From: a virus
Lineage: Duplodnaviria; Caudoviricetes
Direction: 5' to 3' (one strand)
DNA: 64,000 nt
IMG/VR virus record: IMGVR_UViG_3300032782_000002
Positions 36,496 to 46,333 of this stretch are shown piece after piece. The notes beneath the pieces are model-generated. The model had not been told where the DNA came from. It saw only the letters and a list, made by a program, of their open reading frames with translations, and searched no databases. Position 1 is the stretch's first letter; the number at the start of each line of letters is the position of its first letter. A program made the position numbers and the translations under genes.

Positions 36496-37145
36496 TGGTC
36501 AGATCCTCGCTGCGCGCATCAGGCGGAATGCAGTCCTAGTTGTTTTGCCAGCTTCACGATCTGGGCATGCAGCGCCTCGTTGTCGAGCATGAGCTGTCGG
36601 ATCGACCACATCCGGTGGACGTTGAAGCCGATCAGTCCAAAGTTGAAGGCGAGCAAGATGGCGTTGGCGGTCTCGATGGTCATGGTGTCCTTTCAGGCGC
36701 CGCGCGCATGTCACGGTGCGTCACCGCAGCGCTTTTCGCAGTCCCTTGGCGAACTCGTTGGCCGAGGCGCGCGTCTTGTACCAGCCGACCACGACGGTGC
36801 GCCGCTCCCCCGGCAACAACATCGCCTTGTTCATGGTTGTCCTGGTGTGTAGAAGTGCCGGTCTCTCCCGGCTGTCACGTCGAGCGTTGCCTGACGTTCG
36901 GCATACCGCGACCCCCACGGTCGGGGCCCGAGCTTGGCGAGGGTCTCTCGCGGATCTCGGGGACGTTGGATCGTTGCGCGCACTTCACGGTGAAGAGTGT
37001 CCCGAGCGCCAGTTTACCTCGAAGCTCACTGCGTGCTTGCCGGCGACTCGCCACCACGACAACCGCACCGGCCCTATCTGCACCTTGTTGTAGGCCGGCC
37101 GGTAGAAGGCGCAGCGGTTGAGGGTCAGCTCGATGTCGATCACCA

Positions 37146-37538
37146 TCACTCGGCTCTCTTGCTCTGGTAGATCGCCTCGCGTACCGCATCGCCAAGGGGG
37201 CCGAGTAGAGCGTGCTCCAGGCGCGCCGCCTGCGGGTTCTTCAGCTCCTCGGTGGCCTCGCGGCAGACGTCGACGAGCGGCGGGGTCTCAGTCTGGAGGC
37301 GCACGGTGTTCTGCAGGTTCGGCTTCGAGCTGCTGAACCTGCCTGTAGTCGTCCCCAAGAGCTTGTATGGCCTGGCGGACTTCTCGATCCGCTTGGCGGC
37401 CTCGACGACCAGCTTGCGCCACCACCCGTTGCCGTGCTCTTCGCCGAACGGATCTCCTATCAGCTGACCGGCATCGTGCGACAGGGTGTGAAGACACTCC
37501 GCGACCTCGTTGTCGGTCATCTCGGCTACGGTTTTCAC
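37146..37538 (-). CDS. Hypothetical protein containing an isolated PolA-like motif
   Basis: GTTTGRFSSSKPNLQN; GTGA overlap. Confidence 0.55.
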   Translation of the reverse strand: MKTVAEMTDNEVAECLHTLSHDAGQLIGDPFGEEHGNGWWRKLVVEAAKRIEKSARPYKLLGTTTGRFSSSKPNLQNTVRLQTETPPLVDVCREATEELKNPQAARLEHALLGPLGDAVREAIYQSKRAE

Positions 37539-37717
37539 TGGGTGTCCGTCTTCCGGTACTTCGTCGCGAACCACATCTGCCACGTCGGCAGGCTGTTGAG
37601 CTTCCCGGCGAGCGCCGCTGCCTTGACCTTCGTGAACCTCAACACCGTCGACCCTCGCATGTACCACATACCCTTCAGCGGCCCGCCGATGCACTTCAGA
37701 GCGTAGCCGGACGACAT
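37535..37717 (-). CDS. Hypothetical protein
   Basis: CIGGPLKG motif; coupled. Confidence 0.5.
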   Translation of the reverse strand: MSSGYALKCIGGPLKGMWYMRGSTVLRFTKVKAAALAGKLNSLPTWQMWFATKYRKTDTQ

Positions 37718-37721
37718 CGAC

Positions 37722-38117
37722 TCACGCTTTTCGTGCCTCGTCGCGGCGCGCCATCTCGTCGAGTGTCTCTTGCTTGAACCGTCGCCAGTCGTCCTCCGCT
37801 ACACGCTGACGCGCGGGACGCCACGAGCCCTCGTCGAGCAGGTTGCAGTTCAGGTCACGTTCGAATACGCGAGGCGGAGCCTTGAACCGCGAGAACAGCC
37901 AGTCCAAGCAGAACTCGCAAAGCGAGAACTTGTAGGCGGTCATGTCGTCGAGCGCGCCGTGGCCATTGCCCGGCGTCGAGGCGTAGTGTCCGTACACCAC
38001 CTGCTCTACGAGTCCATGAGCGTCCGTCTCCCCGCTGTCGGCAGGTCCGACCGGAAGGTTGCAGGTGAGGCCGCAGAGGTTGCAGAGGACGTTCTTGTCT
38101 TCGGGCATCGCGCTCAC
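37722..38117 (-). CDS. Zinc-binding hypothetical protein
   Basis: CNLCG...LCEFC. Confidence 0.55.
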   Translation of the reverse strand: MSAMPEDKNVLCNLCGLTCNLPVGPADSGETDAHGLVEQVVYGHYASTPGNGHGALDDMTAYKFSLCEFCLDWLFSRFKAPPRVFERDLNCNLLDEGSWRPARQRVAEDDWRRFKQETLDEMARRDEARKA

Positions 38118-39001
38118 ATCCGGAAGGCACCGGGCTGCAGGATACGGGTGATGTAGCTCTCGCCGCCCGGTACGGCCAGGAAGCAATGCAGTGCGAGCAG
38201 CTCCTCGGCGGGCGGCACGTCCCAGTCGTGCACGCAGTAGGAGATGCGCTCGTCGATGTTGAAGAGCGTGCGGCCGCCACGCTGACGGAGCAGGCTACGC
38301 GCGTCGCGGCTCGTCAGTGCGTAGTGGCGGCCAGTGTCGAAGCCGCGCGTGACGAAGGCGCCGTAGTGACGGTAGTCGGCGATCTGCTCGGGGTTGAGGA
38401 AAGCTTCGAGCACTCGGTTGGCGCGGGTGACGGGGTTGTCGGGGAAGTCGGGGGCCGGGCAGCCGAGGACGGGCTGGGCCACAGTGACGGCCTTCTTGGT
38501 GTCGGCCGGCGGGGGATCCGGGAGCGTGTCGGTGGGCGCTGCCGGCAAGGGCTTGCCCTCTTCCAGCTCCGGCTTGGTCTCCACGACGGGAGCGGGCTTG
38601 TCCTGGGCAGGCGGGGGCGCCTCGCCACGGTACGGCGTGAGCGCCTTGGGGACGATGCCCTCCTCGGAGCGCCAGACTTCCTGCACGCTGTCGCCGACGA
38701 GGGCGACCGAGAGCAGGCGGCGGCCAGGCTTGAGCGTGCGGGCGAGCACGGCCTGGACCATCTCGATGGGGGCGTTGAGATCGAGCTGCAGCGGGTCGCC
38801 GTTCTCGAACGCGGCCATCGCGCGCGTGTAGTCGTCGGTCGGGACCCAGCGCTTGAACCAGCCGTAGGTGCGGCCGGCGAGCTGGGCGACTGCCTCACGC
38901 TCCGTCGGCGACAGCTCCTTGGCCGTCAGGCGGGTGTGGCCGCCGTCCAGCGCCTGCAGGTTGATGTCGCCCCTCATCGTCGGCACGTACCACGTCAGCA
39001 T
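38114..39001 (-). CDS. Hypothetical protein
   Basis: GGAG RBS; good codon usage. Confidence 0.65.
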   Translation of the reverse strand: MLTWYVPTMRGDINLQALDGGHTRLTAKELSPTEREAVAQLAGRTYGWFKRWVPTDDYTRAMAAFENGDPLQLDLNAPIEMVQAVLARTLKPGRRLLSVALVGDSVQEVWRSEEGIVPKALTPYRGEAPPPAQDKPAPVVETKPELEEGKPLPAAPTDTLPDPPPADTKKAVTVAQPVLGCPAPDFPDNPVTRANRVLEAFLNPEQIADYRHYGAFVTRGFDTGRHYALTSRDARSLLRQRGGRTLFNIDERISYCVHDWDVPPAEELLALHCFLAVPGGESYITRILQPGAFRM

Positions 39002-39563
39002 GGGCTCTCCCTTCGAGTCGCGTTGTGAGTTGATCGATGCGCGCCCGGACGGCGACGCGCTGGCGGTTGATGAAGTCGTCCATCGTGCTGCCGCGTGCGT
39101 CCAACTTGTCGAGGAGCGCACTCAGCGCGGCCAGCTCTTGCACCTCCATGCTGGCGGCGGCGGCGCGGATGCCGTCGGCTTCCACGCGCGTCTTGATGGC
39201 CACGGCGGCCCGGTCGTCGCGGGCGGTCTGATCGTCGGCACCGAAGGCGATTGGTCCTCGGCGGCCCGCGAACATCGGCTGCGCTGCTGGCAGGACGGCG
39301 TTGGCGTGGTTCATAACGTGGGCCATCATCGGGTGCTGGTCCAGGTCGCCTCCGGGGATCGCGGGGCCCAGCTGGTCGATGCGCGTCGCCTGCGCCACGA
39401 CGAACTGGTGTGCGAGCGCGCAGATGCGACTCGCCTCGGCGAAGCGGCTCTGATCGTCGCCGGCCAGGATCTCGACGACGAGCTTGCGGAAGCCCTCGAT
39501 CTGGCGCTGGGAGCTGCGCTCACGCTGCAGCCGGCGCTTCTTCTGCTCTGCGGTTTCGGTCAT
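38895..39563 (-). CDS. Hypothetical coiled-coil protein
   Basis: ATG 8 nt downstream of a predicted -10 box. Confidence 0.55.
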   Translation of the reverse strand: MTETAEQKKRRLQRERSSQRQIEGFRKLVVEILAGDDQSRFAEASRICALAHQFVVAQATRIDQLGPAIPGGDLDQHPMMAHVMNHANAVLPAAQPMFAGRRGPIAFGADDQTARDDRAAVAIKTRVEADGIRAAAASMEVQELAALSALLDKLDARGSTMDDFINRQRVAVRARIDQLTTRLEGRAHADVVRADDEGRHQPAGAGRRPHPPDGQGAVADGA

Positions 39564-39571
39564 CGAGGACA

Positions 39572-39601
39572 ACCGTAGCAGTTGATTAGAACCTAATCAA
39601 C
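39572..39601 (-). promoter_or_regulatory. Promoter with palindromic operator (copy 2)
   Basis: TTGATT-17 nt-TACGGT; GTTGATTAG-AAC-CTAATCAAC at 39581-39601. Confidence 0.6.
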
Positions 39602-39614
39602 CGTGTACACCGAG

Positions 39615-40676
39615 CTACTGGAGCGCGACGACGCGGCTCTCGTCGTAGGCCGTGAACGGCCAGGGCACGGCCGAGCGGACGGACTTGGCCTTGCCGGCGC
39701 GAGCACGCACGCGCATGTAGCGGTAGCCGAACTTGGGTGCGGGCAGGCCGGGAGGGGGTGGCACGTCGTCGGTGAGGCCGACGACGGAGATGCCGTAGGT
39801 GGCGGCCTTGCGGGTCAGCTCGGCGGGGGTGTGGCTGGCTTTGACGAGGGCCACGGCCTCGTAGATGCGCCCGGGGACGAGGGAGATCTTCTTCGGCACA
39901 CTCGTCGATCCCGCACTGGTCTGCTCGGGTGGGGGAGCCGGAGCCAGGCCCACCGGCGTGCACCAGCCGATGCACTGCTGGGGGTAGATGCGGCTCGTGC
40001 TGCGCGCGTGCACGGTGTGGATGACGGTGTCGGGCAGATCGGGCTGGTGGGTCACGTAATCCGGGGCCATTGCGCGCAGCCGCGCGACGAAGTCGAGGTC
40101 CTCGCCGAGGTTGATGTCGCCGAACGGCACCGCGCGTCCGGCCTCGCGCGTGAACAGGTAGGAGAAGCCGTAGCCCCAGAGCTGCCCGTCCAGGGATTCC
40201 GGGGCCGTTTCGGTCTGGGGCAGGCGCAGTGGCGCGGTGTTGCCCGACACGGCGTACTGCACGGGACCGGCGAAGCGCGTGTCCCAACGCCAGAGGCTTC
40301 CGTCGTAGGCGCTGCGGGCATCCCAGACGGAGAGCTTGGTCAGCAGATCCTGGGGCCCGAGGCGACTGACCATCGTCGCGAGGTATCCGGGGCGGTAGAC
40401 GTCGTCGTCGTCCTGGTGTGCGATGAGCGAGCCGCGTGCGGCCTCGATGAGGGCGTTGCGCTTGGCGCCGATGGACAGCCGCCGGGGCGTCCAGAAGTAG
40501 CGCACGCGCGCGTCGCCGGTATTGGCCAGGAACGTCGAGGGTGTGGGCGAGTCGTCGAAGACGAGCAGCTCCTTGAACGGGTAGGTCTGCGCCGCGAACG
40601 TCTTGTAGAGGTGCTCGTGGTAGTCGGGGCGGGCGTAGGTCGGAACGGTGACGCTCACGAGCGGCGGCCTGCGCAT
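39615..40676 (-). CDS. Glycosyltransferase family 2 with additional C-terminal domain
   Basis: VSVTVPTYAR, ELLVFDDS, IGAKRN, HQDDDD, GEDLDF. Confidence 0.88.
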   Translation of the reverse strand: MRRPPLVSVTVPTYARPDYHEHLYKTFAAQTYPFKELLVFDDSPTPSTFLANTGDARVRYFWTPRRLSIGAKRNALIEAARGSLIAHQDDDDVYRPGYLATMVSRLGPQDLLTKLSVWDARSAYDGSLWRWDTRFAGPVQYAVSGNTAPLRLPQTETAPESLDGQLWGYGFSYLFTREAGRAVPFGDINLGEDLDFVARLRAMAPDYVTHQPDLPDTVIHTVHARSTSRIYPQQCIGWCTPVGLAPAPPPEQTSAGSTSVPKKISLVPGRIYEAVALVKASHTPAELTRKAATYGISVVGLTDDVPPPPGLPAPKFGYRYMRVRARAGKAKSVRSAVPWPFTAYDESRVVALQ

Positions 40677-40688
40677 GCCGTGATCCTA

Positions 40689-41009
40689 CTACAAGATGAC
40701 GTCGAGAGGCTCGGCGCCGCGCAGCTCGTGGAGCCATGCCCGCGTCAGACGCTTGCCGGCAATCCGCTGATGAACGCTGGGGTGGTAGTCGAAGCCGGCA
40801 CCGTGGCAGTAGCCGACGGCGATCTTGGGGCTGTGGCCGGGCCAGCGACGACGGCAACGACAACCGACGCTCTTGCCCTTAGCGAAGCGCCCGAGGGGGT
40901 GATGGCATGCGGCGCCGTTGTGAAAGGCGCGCACGTGAACGCTACGCGCGTGCTCGGCGTAGCGGGCGGTTCGATCTCGACGTTCTGCACGATCCATTGG
41001 GGCCTCCAT
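40689..41009 (-). CDS. Basic Cys/His-rich hypothetical protein
   Basis: ORF in operon order. Confidence 0.45.
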   Translation of the reverse strand: MEAPMDRAERRDRTARYAEHARSVHVRAFHNGAACHHPLGRFAKGKSVGCRCRRRWPGHSPKIAVGYCHGAGFDYHPSVHQRIAGKRLTRAWLHELRGAEPLDVIL

Positions 41010-41063
41010 CGGCCGCGCCCGTCAGGCGCGCGGCGAGGATGGCCGTGTGGATCGTAGAGGCGC

Positions 41064-41438
41064 TCATTCGGGTTGCTCCGGCGGCTCCGACGGTAGCGTC
41101 TGGCGCAACGCCGCGCCGCGCTGCATGAGCTTCACGAGCGCGGGTCGTGCGGTGCTGCAGACGAAGTCAGGCAGGTCGGTGATGGGGGCCCAGATGGTCG
41201 TGGCACGTCCACGTACCGGGATACGAGCCTGATACTCGATCGGGTCGATGCGGCTCGGACTGGCGGTCCACTCGAACTTCCACCACCGCTTCGAGTCGGC
41301 TCCAGCGCGCACGTAGACCTTGTAGAAAGATCCGGGGAACCCGCGACCTACGAGACCGAAGATCTCACTGTCGACGGTGAGCTTGGCAAGAAAGCGATCG
41401 ACCTTGGCTTCGAGACGCTGCTCGTAGGTGCGCTTCAT
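41064..41438 (-). CDS. Hypothetical protein
   Basis: ATGA overlap. Confidence 0.5.
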   Translation of the reverse strand: MKRTYEQRLEAKVDRFLAKLTVDSEIFGLVGRGFPGSFYKVYVRAGADSKRWWKFEWTASPSRIDPIEYQARIPVRGRATTIWAPITDLPDFVCSTARPALVKLMQRGAALRQTLPSEPPEQPE

Positions 41439-42043
41439 GCGACTCCCCGCTGCCGCGTGTCGCGAGTGCGCCAGTAGACGTTCTCTTTGGCGGCGTACTC
41501 TGGCCATGCGGTGTTCATCTCGCGATCCAGCTGCGTGACGAGTGCGAGCATCTTGGTGTCGAAGTCGATCTTCAGACCCACAAGCTTGCGGACGCGCTTC
41601 GTGGGGTAGGTGGGCGGGTACGCCTGAGGGATCGGCGTGAGCCACAGCGGGACCAGCGTGTGTGCGAGAAGCGCGTGCTCCTGCGAGCACATGGGTTCAC
41701 CCGTAGCGGCGATGTCGCGGTACCAGTCGGTCCAGGCGCCGGCCAGCGGCGCCCGGCCGTGTCCGTAGTAGCACCCAGTCGCCTGCGAGTCGGTCAGTTC
41801 CCGGACAGCGCAGACGACTTCGTCTAGCTCGCACGCCAGCTCGCTGGCGGCCTTGTGTGCAGCCTGGGCGCGCCGAGCCAGTTCGCCCTTCAAGCCCCTC
41901 GTGTTGGCGCACCGGATGTACAGAGCCTGGAGCAGCTCGCGACCGGCGCGCAGATGCGTGCCGTAGGGGTAGTGTTCTGCGACACACTGAGCGGCGTTGA
42001 ACGGGTGCGTGGTCACGTAGCCTCCGTCTTGTGGGTGCATCAC
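41435..42043 (-). CDS. Hypothetical protein
   Basis: Coupled ORF. Confidence 0.55.
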   Translation of the reverse strand: MMHPQDGGYVTTHPFNAAQCVAEHYPYGTHLRAGRELLQALYIRCANTRGLKGELARRAQAAHKAASELACELDEVVCAVRELTDSQATGCYYGHGRAPLAGAWTDWYRDIAATGEPMCSQEHALLAHTLVPLWLTPIPQAYPPTYPTKRVRKLVGLKIDFDTKMLALVTQLDREMNTAWPEYAAKENVYWRTRDTRQRGVA

Positions 42044-42570
42044 TCGTCGTCCAGCATGTCGTCGACATCGACGCCGTTCATCTTGGCGAGCGCACGGATG
42101 CTGTCCAGCTGGGGATCCGGGGGCGCCTTGGGAGTTCGGACCGGCTTGAGCGTCTCGTCGTCGATCGCCTCCTCGGCGCGCTCGGCGGCCTGCTCGAAGT
42201 CGTCCATCGCACCGAGTAGCTCGCCACCCGCGAGCTTCATCACGTCGCCCTCGATCTGTTCCTCGACGGGCAGGTTCTGCTTCAACTGCGTGGGCAGCGC
42301 GCGACCGCCGCGCCGGGCGATGCGCTGGATGGTCGCGGTGATCTCGGAGTGGGTGCGGTCCTGCCGCTCCTGGTGGCGCAGGGCCTTCTCGTGCTCGCGG
42401 GCGCTGTCGTGGTCGAGCTTCTCCCAGTAGGCGCGCTCGGTCGAATTGCGAGCGATCTCCAGCTCTTCGGCGCGTTCCTCGCTCTTGCGCCGGGTCAGGT
42501 AGGCGCGCACGCCGTGCTTGCTGCGAGGCCGGGGCACGAGACGGATGCGAACGGCGACGCCACCGCTCAT
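42040..42570 (-). CDS. Hypothetical charged protein
   Basis: ATGA overlap. Confidence 0.55.
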   Translation of the reverse strand: MSGGVAVRIRLVPRPRSKHGVRAYLTRRKSEERAEELEIARNSTERAYWEKLDHDSAREHEKALRHQERQDRTHSEITATIQRIARRGGRALPTQLKQNLPVEEQIEGDVMKLAGGELLGAMDDFEQAAERAEEAIDDETLKPVRTPKAPPDPQLDSIRALAKMNGVDVDDMLDDE

Positions 42571-42911
42571 TCGGAGTCGTCCTCGCCGTCGTGCGTCACG
42601 GGCAAAGCTCCGAATACTTCCGTGTACTTCTCGCGCAGCAGCATCCGCATCATGGTGGCGCCGTCCACGCCGTAGACCTGGCGCAGGCGCTTGGCGATGC
42701 GGGCGTCGTCGGCGTCGATCATCAGCCGGATCTCGCCGACGAACTTGCGGCGAAGGCGCCCGAAAACATGCGTTTTCTCGGGGTCCTTTGCTTGTCTGGC
42801 GTGCGACTTGGACTTGGGCTCCGTTGAACCAACGGGAGAACCAACCTCGGACACTGCTGGACCAATGTTGCCCGCGATCAGGGTGGGCGTCTTCGGGGCC
42901 GCTGTTGTCAC
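42567..42911 (-). CDS. Possible RHH-type regulator
   Basis: IRLMIDADD...DGATMMRMLLRE pattern; divergent from the 42980 gene. Confidence 0.4.
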   Translation of the reverse strand: MTTAAPKTPTLIAGNIGPAVSEVGSPVGSTEPKSKSHARQAKDPEKTHVFGRLRRKFVGEIRLMIDADDARIAKRLRQVYGVDGATMMRMLLREKYTEVFGALPVTHDGEDDSE

Positions 42912-42979
42912 GGTTTTGAGCGTATCCGGCAGCCTCTAGCAATGCAAGTCGATGCCGCGTATCAGGGATCAATCAGCCC

Positions 42980-44401
42980 ATGGCCAAGAAACCCAAGAAG
43001 CCCTCCTCGATGGCGTCCGGTGACGTGCCCGCCGTGCCCCGCATGCCGAAGATGCCCAAGACCAACGGCGCACCGCCCAAGCGTAAGGCTCCGGCGCCGC
43101 TTGCGAAGGCCCCGCCCGAGCCGCTGATGGGCGACTTCGAGGAGGAGGGTGGGTCGATGATGCCGGGGATGCCGGGGATGATGGGGCCCTCCGTCGAGGA
43201 GAAGCTTGCCGAGTGGCTCTCGATGCGCGTGTTCCCCAAGAACGTGCCGGGTCTGTACTTCCAGCTGCGGCAAAAAAGCATCGACGGCGAGATGGTGGCG
43301 CACGAGTGGGATGCCACCGAGGTCGAAGGCCAAGATCCGGACTCGCTCGCGGCGATGATCTACACGCAGGCGGTCGAGGACTCGCAGGGTTTGAACGGTG
43401 TGGTCAGCTACGCGGTGCACGCGATGCGGCCGACGACTGGTCACAGCGAGTCGTTCAGCCGGTGCATCTTCCGCCTCGCGCAGGAGGACATGACACATGG
43501 CGCCGACAGCGAGCCGGGACACCTGCCCGAGGGGCACATGGCGCAGGCGCACCGGCACGCCGAAGTGTACGCGCGCATGATGGTGGGGCAGACCGATGGG
43601 ATCCTGCGCCACTACCGCGAGGCCAACCGCGATCTGTCGCAGCAGGCGAGCCGCGCCATCCAGCTGCAGGTCCAGGTGGCCGAGATGTTCCAGAAGATTC
43701 AGGACCGCGGGATGATGCGCGAGATCGTGCTCAAGCGCGTCGCGCGCAAGGAAAAGATGAAGGAGCAGCTGCTCGGGGTGGTGTTGAGCTTCGTGCCGGA
43801 TCTGGCGGTGCGTTTCGGCATCGTGCCGGGCGATCTGAAGGCGGCCATCTCGACGGCGCAGGGGGTGGAGCACATCCTGGCGGAGCTGCCGGAAGAGAAG
43901 ATGCAGATGCTGCTCATGGCGCTGGAGAAGCAGGACCAGAAGGAAGCGCTGATGAAGGCGTACATCTACGCGAAGCAGCGCGCGGCGGCGGCAGCGGCCA
44001 AGGCAGCGGCGGAGGCAGCCTCGCGTGCTGCCAACGGCCAGGGGGCCAAGGCGGGGGCGAACGGGGCGGCGAATGGACACGCGCACGTGCAGATGGGAGA
44101 GGCCAAGGCGCTGCACGGGGGTCAGCCGACTGCGCTGGACCACCGGGGCGTGCAATCGGACGTGCGCATGGGCAGCGGGGACGAGGGCGATGCGCAATCG
44201 CAGAACTCTCAGGAGCCCACCACGCTCACCATGACGAAGGCCGAGACCCAGACGCTCAGCCACGCGACGCGCGCGTTCCTAGGCATGATGCTGGACCTGC
44301 CCGACGAGCAGTTCGAGGCGGTCGCCAGCAAGCTGTCGGCCGACGAGCGCGCGGCGGTGGACCGGATGCGCGCCAAGATCCGCGCGACGGTCAAGCCCTA
44401 G
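42980..44401 (+). CDS. Met-rich hypothetical protein (473 aa)
   Basis: Long ORF with strong GC3 bias, opposite in orientation to its neighbours. Confidence 0.8.
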   Translation: MAKKPKKPSSMASGDVPAVPRMPKMPKTNGAPPKRKAPAPLAKAPPEPLMGDFEEEGGSMMPGMPGMMGPSVEEKLAEWLSMRVFPKNVPGLYFQLRQKSIDGEMVAHEWDATEVEGQDPDSLAAMIYTQAVEDSQGLNGVVSYAVHAMRPTTGHSESFSRCIFRLAQEDMTHGADSEPGHLPEGHMAQAHRHAEVYARMMVGQTDGILRHYREANRDLSQQASRAIQLQVQVAEMFQKIQDRGMMREIVLKRVARKEKMKEQLLGVVLSFVPDLAVRFGIVPGDLKAAISTAQGVEHILAELPEEKMQMLLMALEKQDQKEALMKAYIYAKQRAAAAAAKAAAEAASRAANGQGAKAGANGAANGHAHVQMGEAKALHGGQPTALDHRGVQSDVRMGSGDEGDAQSQNSQEPTTLTMTKAETQTLSHATRAFLGMMLDLPDEQFEAVASKLSADERAAVDRMRAKIRATVKP

Positions 44402-45383
44402 GGATCAGAGCTGTCGGCCCACTGACCCGCGAACTCACGCTGATGCTTGGCGTCGAGCGCGCGAAGTTCGTCGGTCAGGATGCGTATGCGATCGACGGCG
44501 TTTCCCCGCTCGTAGTGGTTGGTCGTCGTCTCGATGAGACGTTGTTCTTGACGGATGTTCTCGACGAGCGCCTCGCGCATGGCCTCGTAGGGATCGAGGG
44601 GCACGGCGGAAGGTGTAGGCAGCTTCGGTACCGGCTTGTTCGCGGACGCCATGTGGCGCGCGTCGATGCGGTCGGCCGTGCGCAGGCTCTCGCGGACGAT
44701 GATGGTCACGCTGGTGATGGCCGTCAGGATGATGAGGGTCAGCACGGGCGCCACCACTCGCGCAGGGGCCGGACGATGTGGGCACGCAGCCAGCTGACGG
44801 GGCCGGTGTCGATCACGCCGAAGCACCACACGCGAGAGCACCCTAGATCGCCGTTGCGCCTGCATGTGGCGCAGACCAGACGGTTCGGCGGCGAGGCCGG
44901 TAGAGGCTCGGGTGCCGGTTCGGCTGTTCGATAGGGCCCCGTCATCGGCGAAGCTCCGGTTGGTCGCAGGCGCAGAACGAGACGCGCAGCATGTAGACGT
45001 GGCCGTCCTGGCAGTGCCAGCCACCGCCCTCGGCCAGACACCGCTCGCGCGCGTGGACGTCCACGAAGCCCTTGATGATGGCGAAGAGGACGACCGTGAT
45101 GGCGAGCGCGAAGCCCGTGACGGTCACGACACGGTGCATGCTGATGGTCAGGTCGTCGGGATCGGCATCCATTGAACGTCCGGATCGTGGATGAAGTCCA
45201 TGCGCTTGAACTTCTGGTTGCAGTGGCTGCAGCTGCCGCAATCGGGACACACGTAGTGGGTCGAGATGGGCCCTGAAGACCACATTGTCGGGGCCAGCGC
45301 CTGGCGCAGGGTCACGTCCTCTACAAGAACCTCGACGTGCTTGCACTCGTGCCGCGCTTCCGGGGTGCGGTAGACGTCGCGCA

Positions 45384-45710
45384 TCAGATCCTCACGCCGA
45401 CTTTGGCGGTGCGCCGCTCGGCGGCCACGGCTCGGCGCCTGCCGCCCTCGCCCAGCATGTAGTAGACGCCGTGGCGGGTGTAGCCGAGCAGGTTGGCAAT
45501 GAGCCGGACCGACCAGCCGCACTTGCCGCGCAGGTGCCGGGCGAAGGCGGCGCGTGCCTCGGTGACGGCGGGGCTCGATAGCCACACGTCGGGATCGCGA
45601 TGCAGGTCGGCCACCCCCAGTCCGAACTCCCCGGCGATGTGCAGGGCGACGGGCAGCAGTTGCCTGGCTGCCAGCTCCTGTAGGAAGTGGTCGGAGTGTG
45701 TTACGCTCAA
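45384..45710 (-). CDS. DnaA C-terminal-like HTH protein
   Basis: IAGEFGLGVADL...VTEARAAFARHLR...WSVRLIANLLGYTRHGVYY; GAGGAG RBS and TTG start. Confidence 0.55.
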   Translation of the reverse strand: MSVTHSDHFLQELAARQLLPVALHIAGEFGLGVADLHRDPDVWLSSPAVTEARAAFARHLRGKCGWSVRLIANLLGYTRHGVYYMLGEGGRRRAVAAERRTAKVGVRI

Positions 45711-45713
45711 GGC

Positions 45714-45905
45714 ATGCTCCTCGGAGACATGATCGCCAAGTTCACACAGATGGTGGGGGTCAAGCCGTGTCCGCCGTGCAAGAAGCGCCAGGAGGCGCTC
45801 AACAAGTGGCACGCGCAGATGACGGGGCAGCAGCCGCGCGTCAGCCGCACGTTCGAGATGGACGTCGACGCCAACGGCAACATCATCACGACGCGTCCTC
45901 GCTAG
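45714..45905 (+). CDS. Small CxxC protein
   Basis: LGDMIAKFTQMVGVKPCPPCKKRQEALN. Confidence 0.55.
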   Translation: MLLGDMIAKFTQMVGVKPCPPCKKRQEALNKWHAQMTGQQPRVSRTFEMDVDANGNIITTRPR

Positions 45906-46333
45906 GGCTTCGGGCTCTCGGGCTTCTGGCTCTGCCCGAACTCCTCCTGCGCGCACCTGGCGCACACCGTCTGCGTCTCGCTGGTCGCCCCGGCTTCGTA
46001 GGCGGTCACCTGCCCGCAGGCTGCGCAGTCGAACGTGGTGTAGTTCGAGCGGATTGCCGCGAGGAGCTGCGCTTCGGGAGTACGGGCGGCCTGCACGCAC
46101 TTGGGGCAGGTCTTGGCGGGATCGGGGACCGCGATGCCGCAGACGGGGCAGGTCGGACCGTCTTCGGGCAGGTGCACGCGGCGCTTGATGAACGCGGCCC
46201 ACTCCTGCGCGTGGCGGTTGGCGATGAAGGCGATGCGCATCTCGCGGATGGCGTCGGCGAGCCGCTCCGCCTGGACGCGCAGGCGCTGCAGCTCCGCGAG
46301 GGCGAGTTCTGGCTCTGTCCGCGTGATAGTCAT
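45902..46333 (-). CDS. Double zinc-ribbon protein
   Basis: Four CxxC motifs. Confidence 0.6.
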   Translation of the reverse strand: MTITRTEPELALAELQRLRVQAERLADAIREMRIAFIANRHAQEWAAFIKRRVHLPEDGPTCPVCGIAVPDPAKTCPKCVQAARTPEAQLLAAIRSNYTTFDCAACGQVTAYEAGATSETQTVCARCAQEEFGQSQKPESPKP

